From Candidatus Curtissbacteria bacterium (lineage in GTDB: Bacteria > Patescibacteriota > Microgenomatia > Curtissbacterales > GWA2-41-24): a stretch of DNA of 57,631 nt. The translations under genes and the position numbers were made by a program. Position 1 is the first letter of the stretch. Each line of letters begins with the position of its first letter. Positions 9,477-17,860 of the stretch are shown one piece after another. The stretch is from the NCBI GenBank assembly GCA_024654445.1, contig JANLHP010000017.1, forward strand, positions 210,524 through 268,154, read 5' to 3'. Below the pieces are notes generated by a model that was not told where the DNA came from, did no database searches, and saw only the letters and a program-made list of their open reading frames with translations.

Positions 9477-10844
9477 TTATTCGGCGCATGTCGCTTCGAG
9501 GCCACACCTTGGACATTCTGTTGTGCCAGATCCATAAATGATTATGGTGCCGCAGCGAGGGCAGGGGAAATCGCTGTCGTCTTCGCCAGCATCATTTGTA
9601 GAAGGGGCAAAGTCGGCGGCGGATTGAGCACTGATTGCTTTTGCGAGTCTCGATATGGCAGGGGTGAGACTGAAGCCTTTTTGTTTCCCCGGGCAACCTC
9701 GTCTGCTTGTTTTTGGCATGCGTCTGCCCTTAATTTGGATTTGTTCTTCGATGTCTTCATCGTTTGTGCGAACGAGGTTTCTTGAGGTCCACAAAATTTT
9801 TGCTTTTTCTTGCTTGAACTTTGTAAAAGCATCCTGTTTTACTTTTTTTACTTTTTGTTTGATCTTCTCAACTTCTTCGTCGAAAGTGTTGAGGGTAGTA
9901 TTCCAGATCATTTTGAGTCGCTCTATTGCTAGGGGGGTATCGGCGAGCGTTCGGATGTAGGCTAAAAAATAGGGAATGCAGGGTTCCAATGCCTCTTGAA
10001 GTAGCTCTGTATTTTTTGCCCGATTGTCGAGGGCGAAGTTTTCCAGAATTTGGGGAAGATTAAATTTAGTTTCGGCAGGTCGGGAGAGCATATAGGCAGC
10101 GTTTAAAGTTTGCTCTTGATTTGGTCTTTGGTAGCCTGGGTCTACTTGGCAAAGCGCATCTAAAAACCCGGCATTGGAGTGGTTGGAGTGGTATTTGTTC
10201 GCGGTGATGGTTTCACCATTCTGTTCTATAACGTAAAAAATGTTGTCATGGTAAAGGATGTCGTCGTCCTCGCCTTTTGGTTCCTCTTCTTCGCCGTGTT
10301 TGCAACGTTCCGATCTTGGAGAGGCGACAACTAAGGTGACATCTCTCCTCTCTGCTAGAAGCCTTATTATTTCTTCGAAACCATCAATTTCTGCTAACTC
10401 TCTTTCGACTTCGTTGCTGCCGTTTTCTTCCAGAAATTGTTGACCCTTTTTATATCTTTCGATAACGGGTAGGGGATAATCGTCGCTCCAGAGTTGACTC
10501 TCGTCGTCCAGGTAGTAATGAAAAGTGCTTCTTTCGACCGCCAGACGCTCGCCTAGAGTCTTTTCTAAGTTGTGATAGGTTCTGTCGTTTGTTTGATCAA
10601 GAAGGCTTTCATACTCGGTCTGGGGAATTTTCCCGCGCAGAGGTTGGAGGTCGAGATAATCCTGGATGTCGTGGCGAGGGTTGTAAGCTAGAATTCCTTC
10701 AAAATCTTCGGGTATATTCCAGCGGACCGACTCGCGGGTAACAAGGTGAGACCTTGTCATACAGTGCCATGCGGTCCTCGTCCTTCGGACTGCGGGCCTA
10801 AAGGTCTCTCCTTGTTGATTTAGGTTGCTTGGAATTCGTTCCAT
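9477..10844 (-). CDS. Hypothetical protein with C-terminal Zn-ribbon (CPRCG-x11-CPRCG)
   Basis: 455-aa ORF, AGGAGG 7 nt before ATG, two CPRCG motifs at the C-terminus. Confidence 0.8.
   Translation of the reverse strand: MERIPSNLNQQGETFRPAVRRTRTAWHCMTRSHLVTRESVRWNIPEDFEGILAYNPRHDIQDYLDLQPLRGKIPQTEYESLLDQTNDRTYHNLEKTLGERLAVERSTFHYYLDDESQLWSDDYPLPVIERYKKGQQFLEENGSNEVERELAEIDGFEEIIRLLAERRDVTLVVASPRSERCKHGEEEEPKGEDDDILYHDNIFYVIEQNGETITANKYHSNHSNAGFLDALCQVDPGYQRPNQEQTLNAAYMLSRPAETKFNLPQILENFALDNRAKNTELLQEALEPCIPYFLAYIRTLADTPLAIERLKMIWNTTLNTFDEEVEKIKQKVKKVKQDAFTKFKQEKAKILWTSRNLVRTNDEDIEEQIQIKGRRMPKTSRRGCPGKQKGFSLTPAISRLAKAISAQSAADFAPSTNDAGEDDSDFPCPRCGTIIIYGSGTTECPRCGLEATCAE
10740..10816. repeat. 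Palindromic composite element inserted in frame near the 5' end of the 9477..10844 CDS
   Basis: AACAAGGTGAGACCTT ... AAGGTCTCTCCTTGTT inverted repeat (15/16) enclosing TACAGTGCCA-TGCGGTCCTCG-hairpin-TGCGGGCCTAA. Confidence 0.8.
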
Positions 10845-10845
10845 T

Positions 10846-10878
10846 AAAAAACCTCCTATTTAGTCTCGAGGAGGTTTA
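10846..10878 (-). promoter_or_regulatory. Hairpin sequestering the Shine-Dalgarno, followed by a U-tract (riboswitch expression platform or terminator)
   Basis: Minus strand AAACCTCCT-CGAGACTAAAT-AGGAGGTTT TTT A ATG. Confidence 0.7.
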
Positions 10879-11003
10879 CAAGTCGCTTTAGACCCGCAAT
10901 GCTAATGAGGATCGCAAGCTTCGCTTTTTGGGCGAGTTATCCTGCTCGGGACTATCCTGCGCTAAAGCTTCGGATAGCAAGCTTTTTTAGCTAAGGATTC
11001 CAA

Positions 11004-11140
11004 TCCATTGCGGTATTAGGACTTATACATTGCTTACTAAAGCTTTGTAATTACCTTTGCGGCACAGTTCCGGAGTCAAACCGGATTCCCCGCTTGCCCG
11101 CCTAAATTGAGTCTTTGACTCTATTTGGCGAGGCGATGGA
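11004..11140 (-). ncRNA. Cobalamin-riboswitch-like RNA
   Basis: Minus strand: P1 TCCATCGC/GCAATGGA, long P2 hairpin, GGGGAA-TCCGG-TTTGACT-CCGGA-ACTGTGCCGCAAAGGTAA ... AAGTCCTAATACCGC, matching the order of cobalamin aptamer consensus blocks with AGG/CCT replacing CTG/CAG. Confidence 0.75.
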
Positions 11141-11208
11141 ATTTAGATTGTAAATCTAGATTAGCACTGGGGGTGTGAGGAATCAATAGCCCTCGTTTAC
11201 TAAAGCAG

Positions 11209-11442
11209 AAGGTCTCATCCCTGACAGGGTGAGACCTTAAATACTCGGGAGTAACTTTTAGATTTAAGGAATTTTTTAAAATTCCTTGCGGTCCTCGACT
11301 AAAGTCTGCGGGCCTAAAGGTAGGGCACCTCTTCGAGTCTGAGCAATGAGGCTTACCTCAGAGTCGATGACTTTTGAAGACTCCCTCCGTCGCTCTATTA
11401 GAGCAGAGCTCTGGCGAGCAGGCAAGGATGCCACCTTTAATC
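11209..11442. repeat. Composite palindromic element, AAGGTCTCACCTT family (largest, multiply nested copy)
   Basis: Same frame as 17861-18017 plus inserted AAGGAATTTT/AAAATTCCTT, TGCGGTCCTCG..TGCGGGCCTAA and GCTCTATTAGAGC modules. Confidence 0.85.
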
Positions 11443-11445
11443 ATT

Positions 11446-11937
11446 TCAGCAGCCGTCCGGAAGGATGTTGAAGTTGGGGTTTTGCTGCTTTAGTTCAAAA
11501 TTTAGAATAAACCTAACCGGAAGAGTGCAGAGGTCTTGCTGTTTGAGTTCAAAATCCAAAAACCACTTTTGCGCGAGAACTCTGGATTCAATTGGATTTT
11601 GGTTGACCATTACGAAGAATATATCCGGAGTAGGTACGTAAACAATCCTGAAATCTTGAGATTCAAATAATACGATGTCGCCGTTTTGATTTGATAATTC
11701 CGAAGCTATAATTTTGTCCCTTATCGGTTTTATATCTTTGTTTTCCTGAACAGTTTTTTCTTTAGGAGGGATTATTACTTCTGGAGATAGAGCTGAAGGA
11801 TTTGGTGATTCTAATGGAGTAGGTGACTTCTTGTCGCGTGCCGAAAAGACGCTTAAGAGTATTAAGCCAATTAGGACAAAAATAACCGCAATCGTGAACA
11901 GTGGTGATCTTTGTCTAATCGCGTTTAAATTTAACAT
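11446..11937 (-). CDS. Membrane-anchored hypothetical protein
   Basis: 163 aa, N-terminal TM, overlaps the upstream gene end; WF...L...DLC.LPV.F motif. Confidence 0.75.
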   Translation of the reverse strand: MLNLNAIRQRSPLFTIAVIFVLIGLILLSVFSARDKKSPTPLESPNPSALSPEVIIPPKEKTVQENKDIKPIRDKIIASELSNQNGDIVLFESQDFRIVYVPTPDIFFVMVNQNPIESRVLAQKWFLDFELKQQDLCTLPVRFILNFELKQQNPNFNILPDGC

Positions 11938-14048
11938 CCTTTTGCGATACCGCTTTTCCTTGCTACTTGCCAGTAGCAGAAAGGCGTAATGGATTTGTTA
12001 TAGTTGATGGCATTTGTTATTTGAACTCGCCAAGGAACATCACCGTGATCAAATGTTCCATTTTTGCCCCTTCCCATTTGAAACAATCCCCAGGCTCCAG
12101 CTGTGTCTGGTGTGTCGTCTGCCCCTGCTTGTTGATGGGGGCGGTAAGCATTTGGTCCGTAACTGCTTTCTCCCGCGATGATTGTTAGCCAAGTAGAAAA
12201 ATTCGCCGGATCCTCGGCTTGGACCATTTGGGACATTAATTCGAAGCTGAAATCACAAGCCGGATCGCCGAAGTTACCGAGAGGATTATTGAGCGCGTAC
12301 TTGCCCCCGCAATTGTCAGCGGTAACGGGATGGCTTCCCGGGGCACTTTGCCCGAAATCACTGCAGCCCGCGCTTCTTAGTGTTGGATCTTGCTGGTCAA
12401 CAGGAGTCAGGGAAATATTAACTGTTTGCTTGCTGCAGTTTACTGTGCCCACGCCCCTTGTTTTTGGGTCGTCATTTGCCGAAGCACCTTGTGTTTGACC
12501 CGGTTGCTTAAGACCAGGAAGATATTTTCCACCGATTAAGCTATTAGGTATGAAGTAAGAATAAACACCTGGATTTTTTTTATCCGAGTAGCTCAAGTTG
12601 TTCCAAGCTTCAGCTGTCCAGGGTAAGTTAAAAATGGGCCAAATCCTGACAGTAATGTCGCAGTCGTACCGGTCAGAGGTTCCCTGTATGAGGGTACAGT
12701 CTGGTCCTGGCACGGGGTATCGGTTGAGTATGGGCATCTCGTTGCCCCCTTCAGTTGATAATCCGGGCCACCGAAGTGTAAAAGTGCAAACGACATTGTC
12801 ATTGCCTTCTTCAAGTTTGTTGTTATCTACTATATTTTTATAGGGATTGTCACACCTTACATTCATGCCATCGATTTGGTTTATGCGATCAATTTCACCG
12901 GGAGGGAATGGGCAATAGGGTGCCTGACCCGCTTTGGGGTCCTTGCTGGTAATGATACAAGTGGAATTTTCAGGCACTACTTCGGCAAATGCGGGCCTGA
13001 TGAGATCTAGCCTTTCCATTGTTATCTGTATTATTTTGCCGAGGTTTTTAGCTAATCCTTCAGATGTTTTGGTGAGCAGATTTTTACAGAGGTCGATGGT
13101 TGCCGCGAAGATATTGCCGGAGTCTATAGAGCTGGTTTGAACCTCTTTGCATCGTGGATCATTCGGATCTAATTCTGGGTTCAAGATTCTGTGGCACTTG
13201 TCTCTTTGGGTGTCCAAAGGAACAATCAGGCGGTTGAGCTGGTCGGAAATATGGGCGGTACGGAAATGTTCTGGGAGGGTGATGTTTATTTTATAAGACT
13301 GAAAAAGGCACTGACCCTGTTCTAAGCGCTTGATATCTTTTTGTCCGACTGCTGATTTAAAGTTGATAAAACCTTTATGGAATTCGCTATAGGAGGTTGG
13401 GATTTTTTCCCAATATCTGCCCCAAGTGTTAGGGTCTTGAGTTTCTCCTACAGGTTTTGGGTGGCCGAAATCCGTTACCATCTGAAAAATAGTCCTGGGG
13501 TCGCCTCCTTTAATGTCTGAAATTTGAGTTTCGGCTTCTGGTAAATTGTGGCCGGCTTCGGAAGAGACGTAATTAATGTATTTAATTTTTAAATCGTCGA
13601 TCAAAATTTTATCTGAGAGTTTTTGTGCAGGGCCGTGGTAGTTATTCAAATCTTCACCATTGAAGCTGGTTATATCAGAAAGTTGATGCGCAGGATCCTG
13701 GAATTTTCCTCCCCCAAAGTCGGAGTTTTCGGGAGCAAAGACTGCTTGAAGTTTTGAAAAGTCGACTAGGAATGGGAAGTCTTTGGATTCAAGGGGAATG
13801 TATTTCTCGTTGCTTACAGGTATAGTTTGTGCCTGAACATTGCGTAGAGAGTAATTTAATATTATTGGGGCTTCGCCGTCTTCGGCAATTATCGGATTTT
13901 CTGATAAATCTTTTGCGTCTTTTGGAAACGCACATGGTTGAGGGTCGGGAGCAACGGGCGTTTGGGCGGATGCCGAAGAGGGTATAGAGAATAGAGTTAA
14001 GAGGAAGATAAAGATAATTAACTTTAAAATCTTTGGCAGCGCAGGCAT
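11931..14048 (-). CDS. Secreted Cys-rich protein with C-terminal lytic-transglycosylase (SLT)-like domain
   Basis: Signal peptide (ASA-Q); IIAGESSYGPNAY and AWGLFQM motifs near the C-terminus. Confidence 0.75.
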   Translation of the reverse strand: MPALPKILKLIIFIFLLTLFSIPSSASAQTPVAPDPQPCAFPKDAKDLSENPIIAEDGEAPIILNYSLRNVQAQTIPVSNEKYIPLESKDFPFLVDFSKLQAVFAPENSDFGGGKFQDPAHQLSDITSFNGEDLNNYHGPAQKLSDKILIDDLKIKYINYVSSEAGHNLPEAETQISDIKGGDPRTIFQMVTDFGHPKPVGETQDPNTWGRYWEKIPTSYSEFHKGFINFKSAVGQKDIKRLEQGQCLFQSYKINITLPEHFRTAHISDQLNRLIVPLDTQRDKCHRILNPELDPNDPRCKEVQTSSIDSGNIFAATIDLCKNLLTKTSEGLAKNLGKIIQITMERLDLIRPAFAEVVPENSTCIITSKDPKAGQAPYCPFPPGEIDRINQIDGMNVRCDNPYKNIVDNNKLEEGNDNVVCTFTLRWPGLSTEGGNEMPILNRYPVPGPDCTLIQGTSDRYDCDITVRIWPIFNLPWTAEAWNNLSYSDKKNPGVYSYFIPNSLIGGKYLPGLKQPGQTQGASANDDPKTRGVGTVNCSKQTVNISLTPVDQQDPTLRSAGCSDFGQSAPGSHPVTADNCGGKYALNNPLGNFGDPACDFSFELMSQMVQAEDPANFSTWLTIIAGESSYGPNAYRPHQQAGADDTPDTAGAWGLFQMGRGKNGTFDHGDVPWRVQITNAINYNKSITPFCYWQVARKSGIAKGC

Positions 14049-14101
14049 AAGTTCAGTATATCAATAATTGTTGATTGTTGTGTTGCTAACGATGTGTGGA
14101 G

Positions 14102-14133
14102 AAGGTCTCACCTTGATTCAAGGATGAGACCTT
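14102..14133. repeat. AAGGTCTCACCTT family minimal hairpin
   Basis: AAGGTCTCACCTTG-ATT-CAAGGATGAGACCTT. Confidence 0.8.
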
Positions 14134-14169
14134 AAATCTAATAATTTTAACGATGTATCGATTTAACAA

Positions 14170-14448
14170 TTACTCTGGAATTCTGACAGTAGTGACGTCT
14201 ACGCCTGTGACCCTTCCAATAAGCTGGAGAATTAGCCAGGACGCGACAACTAAAACAATACCGATTACGGCATAGGTGAGTATGCTTTGCGCCTGGCCGA
14301 CGTTTTTAGGATCGCCGCCCGAGGTGATGTATTTAAAACCGCCGACAATAAGCATGACGAAAAACGCGATCCCTGCCGCCGGAGCGAGCAAAGATATTAT
14401 GCGTTGCAAGACGTCTAGGATATCCGTAATCTGGGCTGGGCCGTCCAT
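14170..14448 (-). CDS. VirB2/TrbC-like T4SS pilin
   Basis: Two TM helices around GGFKYITSGGDPKNVGQAQSILTYAVIG. Confidence 0.85.
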   Translation of the reverse strand: MDGPAQITDILDVLQRIISLLAPAAGIAFFVMLIVGGFKYITSGGDPKNVGQAQSILTYAVIGIVLVVASWLILQLIGRVTGVDVTTVRIPE

Positions 14449-14483
14449 ATAAACCTGTAGTTATCGTCTGCCTTGCTAACTTT

Positions 14484-14900
14484 TTAGCACTCTAACTGTT
14501 TTACAGTTGGAATACAGACTCCTCCGCTTAATATCGGGATTCCGAAGAAGGTCTCTACAAGCCTGATCAACGCAAAAGCAATCAAGACAACAACTAAACC
14601 GATTAAAGCAGCTGTTATAGTGCTTCTTGCGTTTGCGACAGCTTTTTCATCTCCACCTGCAAGTATCCAGCGAATACCGCCAACCAAAAGCATGATGAAT
14701 GCGATAACAAAGGCAACAACGATTATGAATTGAATAACTGCTTGGACAATTCCGATTATGTTGTTGACGCCGGGGTCATCAAGGGGAGGTGGTACTATTG
14801 GGCCTTCTCTATCAAGTGGAGCAGGTTGAGCAATTAGTACGGGAGCATAAAAATTAGCGTTTTTGTGTACTAAGTCGATTATTTTTTTAACTTTTAACAT
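14484..14900 (-). CDS. VirB2/TrbC-like T4SS pilin
   Basis: GGIRWILAGGDEKAVANARSTITAALIGL. Confidence 0.85.
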   Translation of the reverse strand: MLKVKKIIDLVHKNANFYAPVLIAQPAPLDREGPIVPPPLDDPGVNNIIGIVQAVIQFIIVVAFVIAFIMLLVGGIRWILAGGDEKAVANARSTITAALIGLVVVLIAFALIRLVETFFGIPILSGGVCIPTVKQLEC

Positions 14901-14917
14901 ATATTTATCTCACCTCC

Positions 14918-15427
14918 TCATGGACTTGATCTTGTCGGTAGCTGAAATCCTCCTGAAATAATTTCTATACCAAAGAAGGTTTCTACCAATTTGATTATAG
15001 CAAAAGCACCCAGCACAATTACCAGTCCCAGAAGACCCCAATATATTCTGCTCCAGGCGGTTGAAATGTTTTTGGGGTCACCGTTCGCGAAGATAAAGCT
15101 ATAGCCCGCGAATATCATCCAAATCACGGCGATTACGAAGGCGACGATTATAAGAAGCCAGATGCCGTTTCTGATGAAACCCGCGATGAAATCGGAAACG
15201 CTTTGGTTGCCAATATCTACCACTCCTGAGGGGGCTTCTATCGTTCCGATTCCGGGTTGGACATTCCCTGGCGCTTGATCAATAGGGCCGCGGGGAGCAT
15301 CCTGATCACCGACGCCGTCTTGCGGAGGCGGGAAGGACGGGTCACCTTCTCCTTGAGCGAAAACCGTGGTCGATGAGAAAAGGAAGAGCAGGAGAGGTAA
15401 GGTAAGTGTGATTAAAAGCTTTTTCAT
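14918..15427 (-). CDS. VirB2/TrbC-like T4SS pilin with signal peptide and Pro/Gly/Asp extension
   Basis: AGYSFIFANGDPKNISTAWSRIYWGLLGL. Confidence 0.85.
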   Translation of the reverse strand: MKKLLITLTLPLLLFLFSSTTVFAQGEGDPSFPPPQDGVGDQDAPRGPIDQAPGNVQPGIGTIEAPSGVVDIGNQSVSDFIAGFIRNGIWLLIIVAFVIAVIWMIFAGYSFIFANGDPKNISTAWSRIYWGLLGLVIVLGAFAIIKLVETFFGIEIISGGFQLPTRSSP

Positions 15428-15436
15428 TTGCGTTTG

Positions 15437-15524
15437 TTCAAGGATCTCACCTCTTCGAGTCTGAGCGATGAGGGCTTGTCCCTCAGAGTCGAAGACTTTC
15501 GAAGACTCAAGGAGAGACCTTGAA
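15437..15524. repeat. AAGGTCTCACCTT family element with nested TCGAGTCTGAG..CTCAGAGTCGA module
   Basis: TTCAAGGATCTCACCT...AAGGAGAGACCTTGAA inverted ends. Confidence 0.8.
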
Positions 15525-15528
15525 GCTT

Positions 15529-15837
15529 CTAAAACTGAATGTTTGTACCCAAGAAATACTGTACAGCTTTTAGGATAACAAATGCCAGAGCGGTTACAAC
15601 AAGGCCGACAACGGCATAAGTTATCATCGCGCCTGCCGCCGACAACTTTTTGGGGTCTCCACCGGATGTTACGAGTCTGATTCCGCCAATAATTATGAAT
15701 ACAACAGCGATTACACCAGCTATACTTGTTAGGATAAGAATGAGGTCGCTTGCCAGGCTGCCTATGTCGGAAAAGAGTCCGGCTGGCTGAAAAATGTCAC
15801 TGTTAATTCTAAATTCTGCAGCGTATGTGTCAAACAT
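15529..15837 (-). CDS. VirB2/TrbC-like T4SS pilin
   Basis: GGIRLVTSGGDPKKLSAAGAMITYAVVGL. Confidence 0.85.
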   Translation of the reverse strand: MFDTYAAEFRINSDIFQPAGLFSDIGSLASDLILILTSIAGVIAVVFIIIGGIRLVTSGGDPKKLSAAGAMITYAVVGLVVTALAFVILKAVQYFLGTNIQF

Positions 15838-15878
15838 GGACTAATTGTTAATTTCTAATTTTTAATTTTAAAAAATCT

Positions 15879-15970
15879 GATTTAAGGTGGCATCCTTGAG
15901 TCCTCGAGAGGTGCCCTACCTTAAATCTTAAAAGTTCAAGGATGAGACCTTAACAAGGATCTCACCTTGA
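15879..15970. repeat. Composite palindromic element, AAGGTCTCACCTT family
   Basis: GATTTAAGGTGGCATCCTTG..GGTGCCCTACCTTAAATC plus CAAGGATGAGACCTT..AAGGATCTCACCTTG. Confidence 0.85.
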
Positions 15971-15991
15971 ACACCAGATTCTCCGAGTTTT

Positions 15992-16624
15992 CTACGTTAT
16001 CGTCGTTCCCAAGAACAATCTGTTAACTACTTGTAATATAGCAAAAGCCAAAAGAATAATGACAAAGCCAATTATGGCGTACATTAGCCTTCCTCGTGCC
16101 TTGCCAACGGCTTCTGGGTTGCCCCCGGACGTGATGAATTGAATACCAGAAAATATTATGAATAGGACTGTAATCATGCCAGCGATGGGGAGGACAACTT
16201 TGAGCGCTGCTTCAACTAAAGTTGGAACCAAATCCTGCTCTTTTTTAAATTTCAAATCGTCGACAGCGATATCTTTTAGGCAGTCACTGAAGCCTTTACA
16301 TGGTTGGGACGAGGTGCCCGAACCGGGTTGTTGTGTGTTCCTGCCACCCGGGTCTGGTTGAGTATTCCCGTCGTCCTGATCTGGTGGGGAGGCGGTTTTT
16401 AGAAAACACGCGGGATGTCCGTACGAATCTATCTCTTCTTCAGTAGCCGAGTTGCAGCCCTCCGGTGGTCTGTCTCGTCCGCATCGGGGGCCGCCCGTAG
16501 TTACATTATGTACATATGGATCTGAGCAATGATTGGCAGAGACAGGGTTCGAGAGGACGGAAAGTGGAGCCAAAATAAGAAAGATAAAAATTAAAATAGT
16601 GAGAGAAAGTTTTTGCCAGATCAT
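15992..16624 (-). CDS. VirB2/TrbC-like pilin with Cys-rich N-terminal extension
   Basis: Signal peptide, 6 Cys, then SGIQFITSGGNPEAVGKARGRLMYAIIG. Confidence 0.85.
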   Translation of the reverse strand: MIWQKLSLTILIFIFLILAPLSVLSNPVSANHCSDPYVHNVTTGGPRCGRDRPPEGCNSATEEEIDSYGHPACFLKTASPPDQDDGNTQPDPGGRNTQQPGSGTSSQPCKGFSDCLKDIAVDDLKFKKEQDLVPTLVEAALKVVLPIAGMITVLFIIFSGIQFITSGGNPEAVGKARGRLMYAIIGFVIILLAFAILQVVNRLFLGTTIT

Positions 16625-16625
16625 T

Positions 16626-17768
16626 TTAAAAACCCAAAGTAGGGCCCAAGATACTCGAACCGATAAATCGTAGAATTAGCACGCTGAGTATTAAAAAGAT
16701 CAAGCCCGCAATAGCAGCGACAAACATGTCTTTTCCCGCCGTTAACTTTTGTTGGTCTCCAGATGAGGTGATTACTCTTATCGCGCCAATTGACATGAGT
16801 ATCAAAGCGATTCCGCCCGCTACGCCCAATGAGATTGTTAAGAATCTCTTAATAAAACCGGCGGGGTCGGTGGGAATGTCACCTACTGCCGTATCGCAGA
16901 CATTGTTTTGGCAAGGATTTTGGCCGGAGATTAGGTTTGATGCGTCTTCTTTATTTGGATCGTTGGTAGGCGGAAGAACTTGCCCACCCGCAGGGTCTAT
17001 CTTTACTACGAACCTTTTATACGTAAATCCCCCGGAACATTCGCGGGTGTCCCCAGATATCGAATGCTCGTCAACTTTCTCGTTAATGTCGATTACGTAT
17101 GTCCCAGCTTCTACAGGGGGGAAAGAAACTCTTGTAGAGCCTGTTTCTGGGATCGTGAAGCATCTTTCCTGTTTAAATCCGCCTCCGGTTTGAGTTTTCA
17201 TAACAGCTTGGTAATTATTGCGGTCGTCGGGGCCTGGTCTTCTGCCACTTGCATCGACGAACGTTTGGTCCGAGGGCGTGAAGGTTCCCGAAGAAGTAAC
17301 CGTTACGTTTATCGATAGGTATTCGTGTTTTACCTTAAAGGCTGCTGTTTGAACCTCGCTATTACTGCCTTCGGGGTAAAGCCTAATCCTATAAGTATGT
17401 CCGCCGTGAAAATAGTCGTCGGGGCCACAGTCCTGGTTTATTTTAACGGCATCCTGGCCGTCTCCGCATACTCTTACAGATATCTTATTCTCTGCGTCAG
17501 ACCTTACATCTTTTCTAGCCCAAGCGTCATTGACGATTATCCGGTTGTGAGTTATAGACTCGCAGTGATGTGGGTCAGACAATACACAAAGGTCATAATC
17601 TTTATTCGGCTGTAATCCCGAAAAGACAATGTCTACGAAAGGAACTGTTTCGTTAAGTTCTGTAAAGGTGGGAGGAAATATGATTTCTTGAGCGTGGGCG
17701 GAATTGACTTGGGCTACAAGCGAGGTTGCGAGGACGGCTAGTCCGACAAAAAGTTTCTTGAAATTCAT
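16626..17768 (-). CDS. VirB2/TrbC-like pilin with large beta-rich extracellular N-terminal region
   Basis: Signal peptide; CDTAVGDIPTDP followed by GAIRVITSSGDQQKLTAGKDMFVAAIAGL. Confidence 0.85.
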   Translation of the reverse strand: MNFKKLFVGLAVLATSLVAQVNSAHAQEIIFPPTFTELNETVPFVDIVFSGLQPNKDYDLCVLSDPHHCESITHNRIIVNDAWARKDVRSDAENKISVRVCGDGQDAVKINQDCGPDDYFHGGHTYRIRLYPEGSNSEVQTAAFKVKHEYLSINVTVTSSGTFTPSDQTFVDASGRRPGPDDRNNYQAVMKTQTGGGFKQERCFTIPETGSTRVSFPPVEAGTYVIDINEKVDEHSISGDTRECSGGFTYKRFVVKIDPAGGQVLPPTNDPNKEDASNLISGQNPCQNNVCDTAVGDIPTDPAGFIKRFLTISLGVAGGIALILMSIGAIRVITSSGDQQKLTAGKDMFVAAIAGLIFLILSVLILRFIGSSILGPTLGF

Positions 17769-17860
17769 CTCAATTTCAGTTTAGCACTAGGAAAGTGTAG
17801 GTAGCAAAAGAAATGATAATTGTTACATTGTTAAATTGGTGATTGATAAATTGTTAGGGA

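Noticed and set aside
2187..17768. Diversity-generating retroelement acting on pilins or the giant ORF
   Set aside because: No reverse transcriptase and no TR/VR pair differing at adenines was seen
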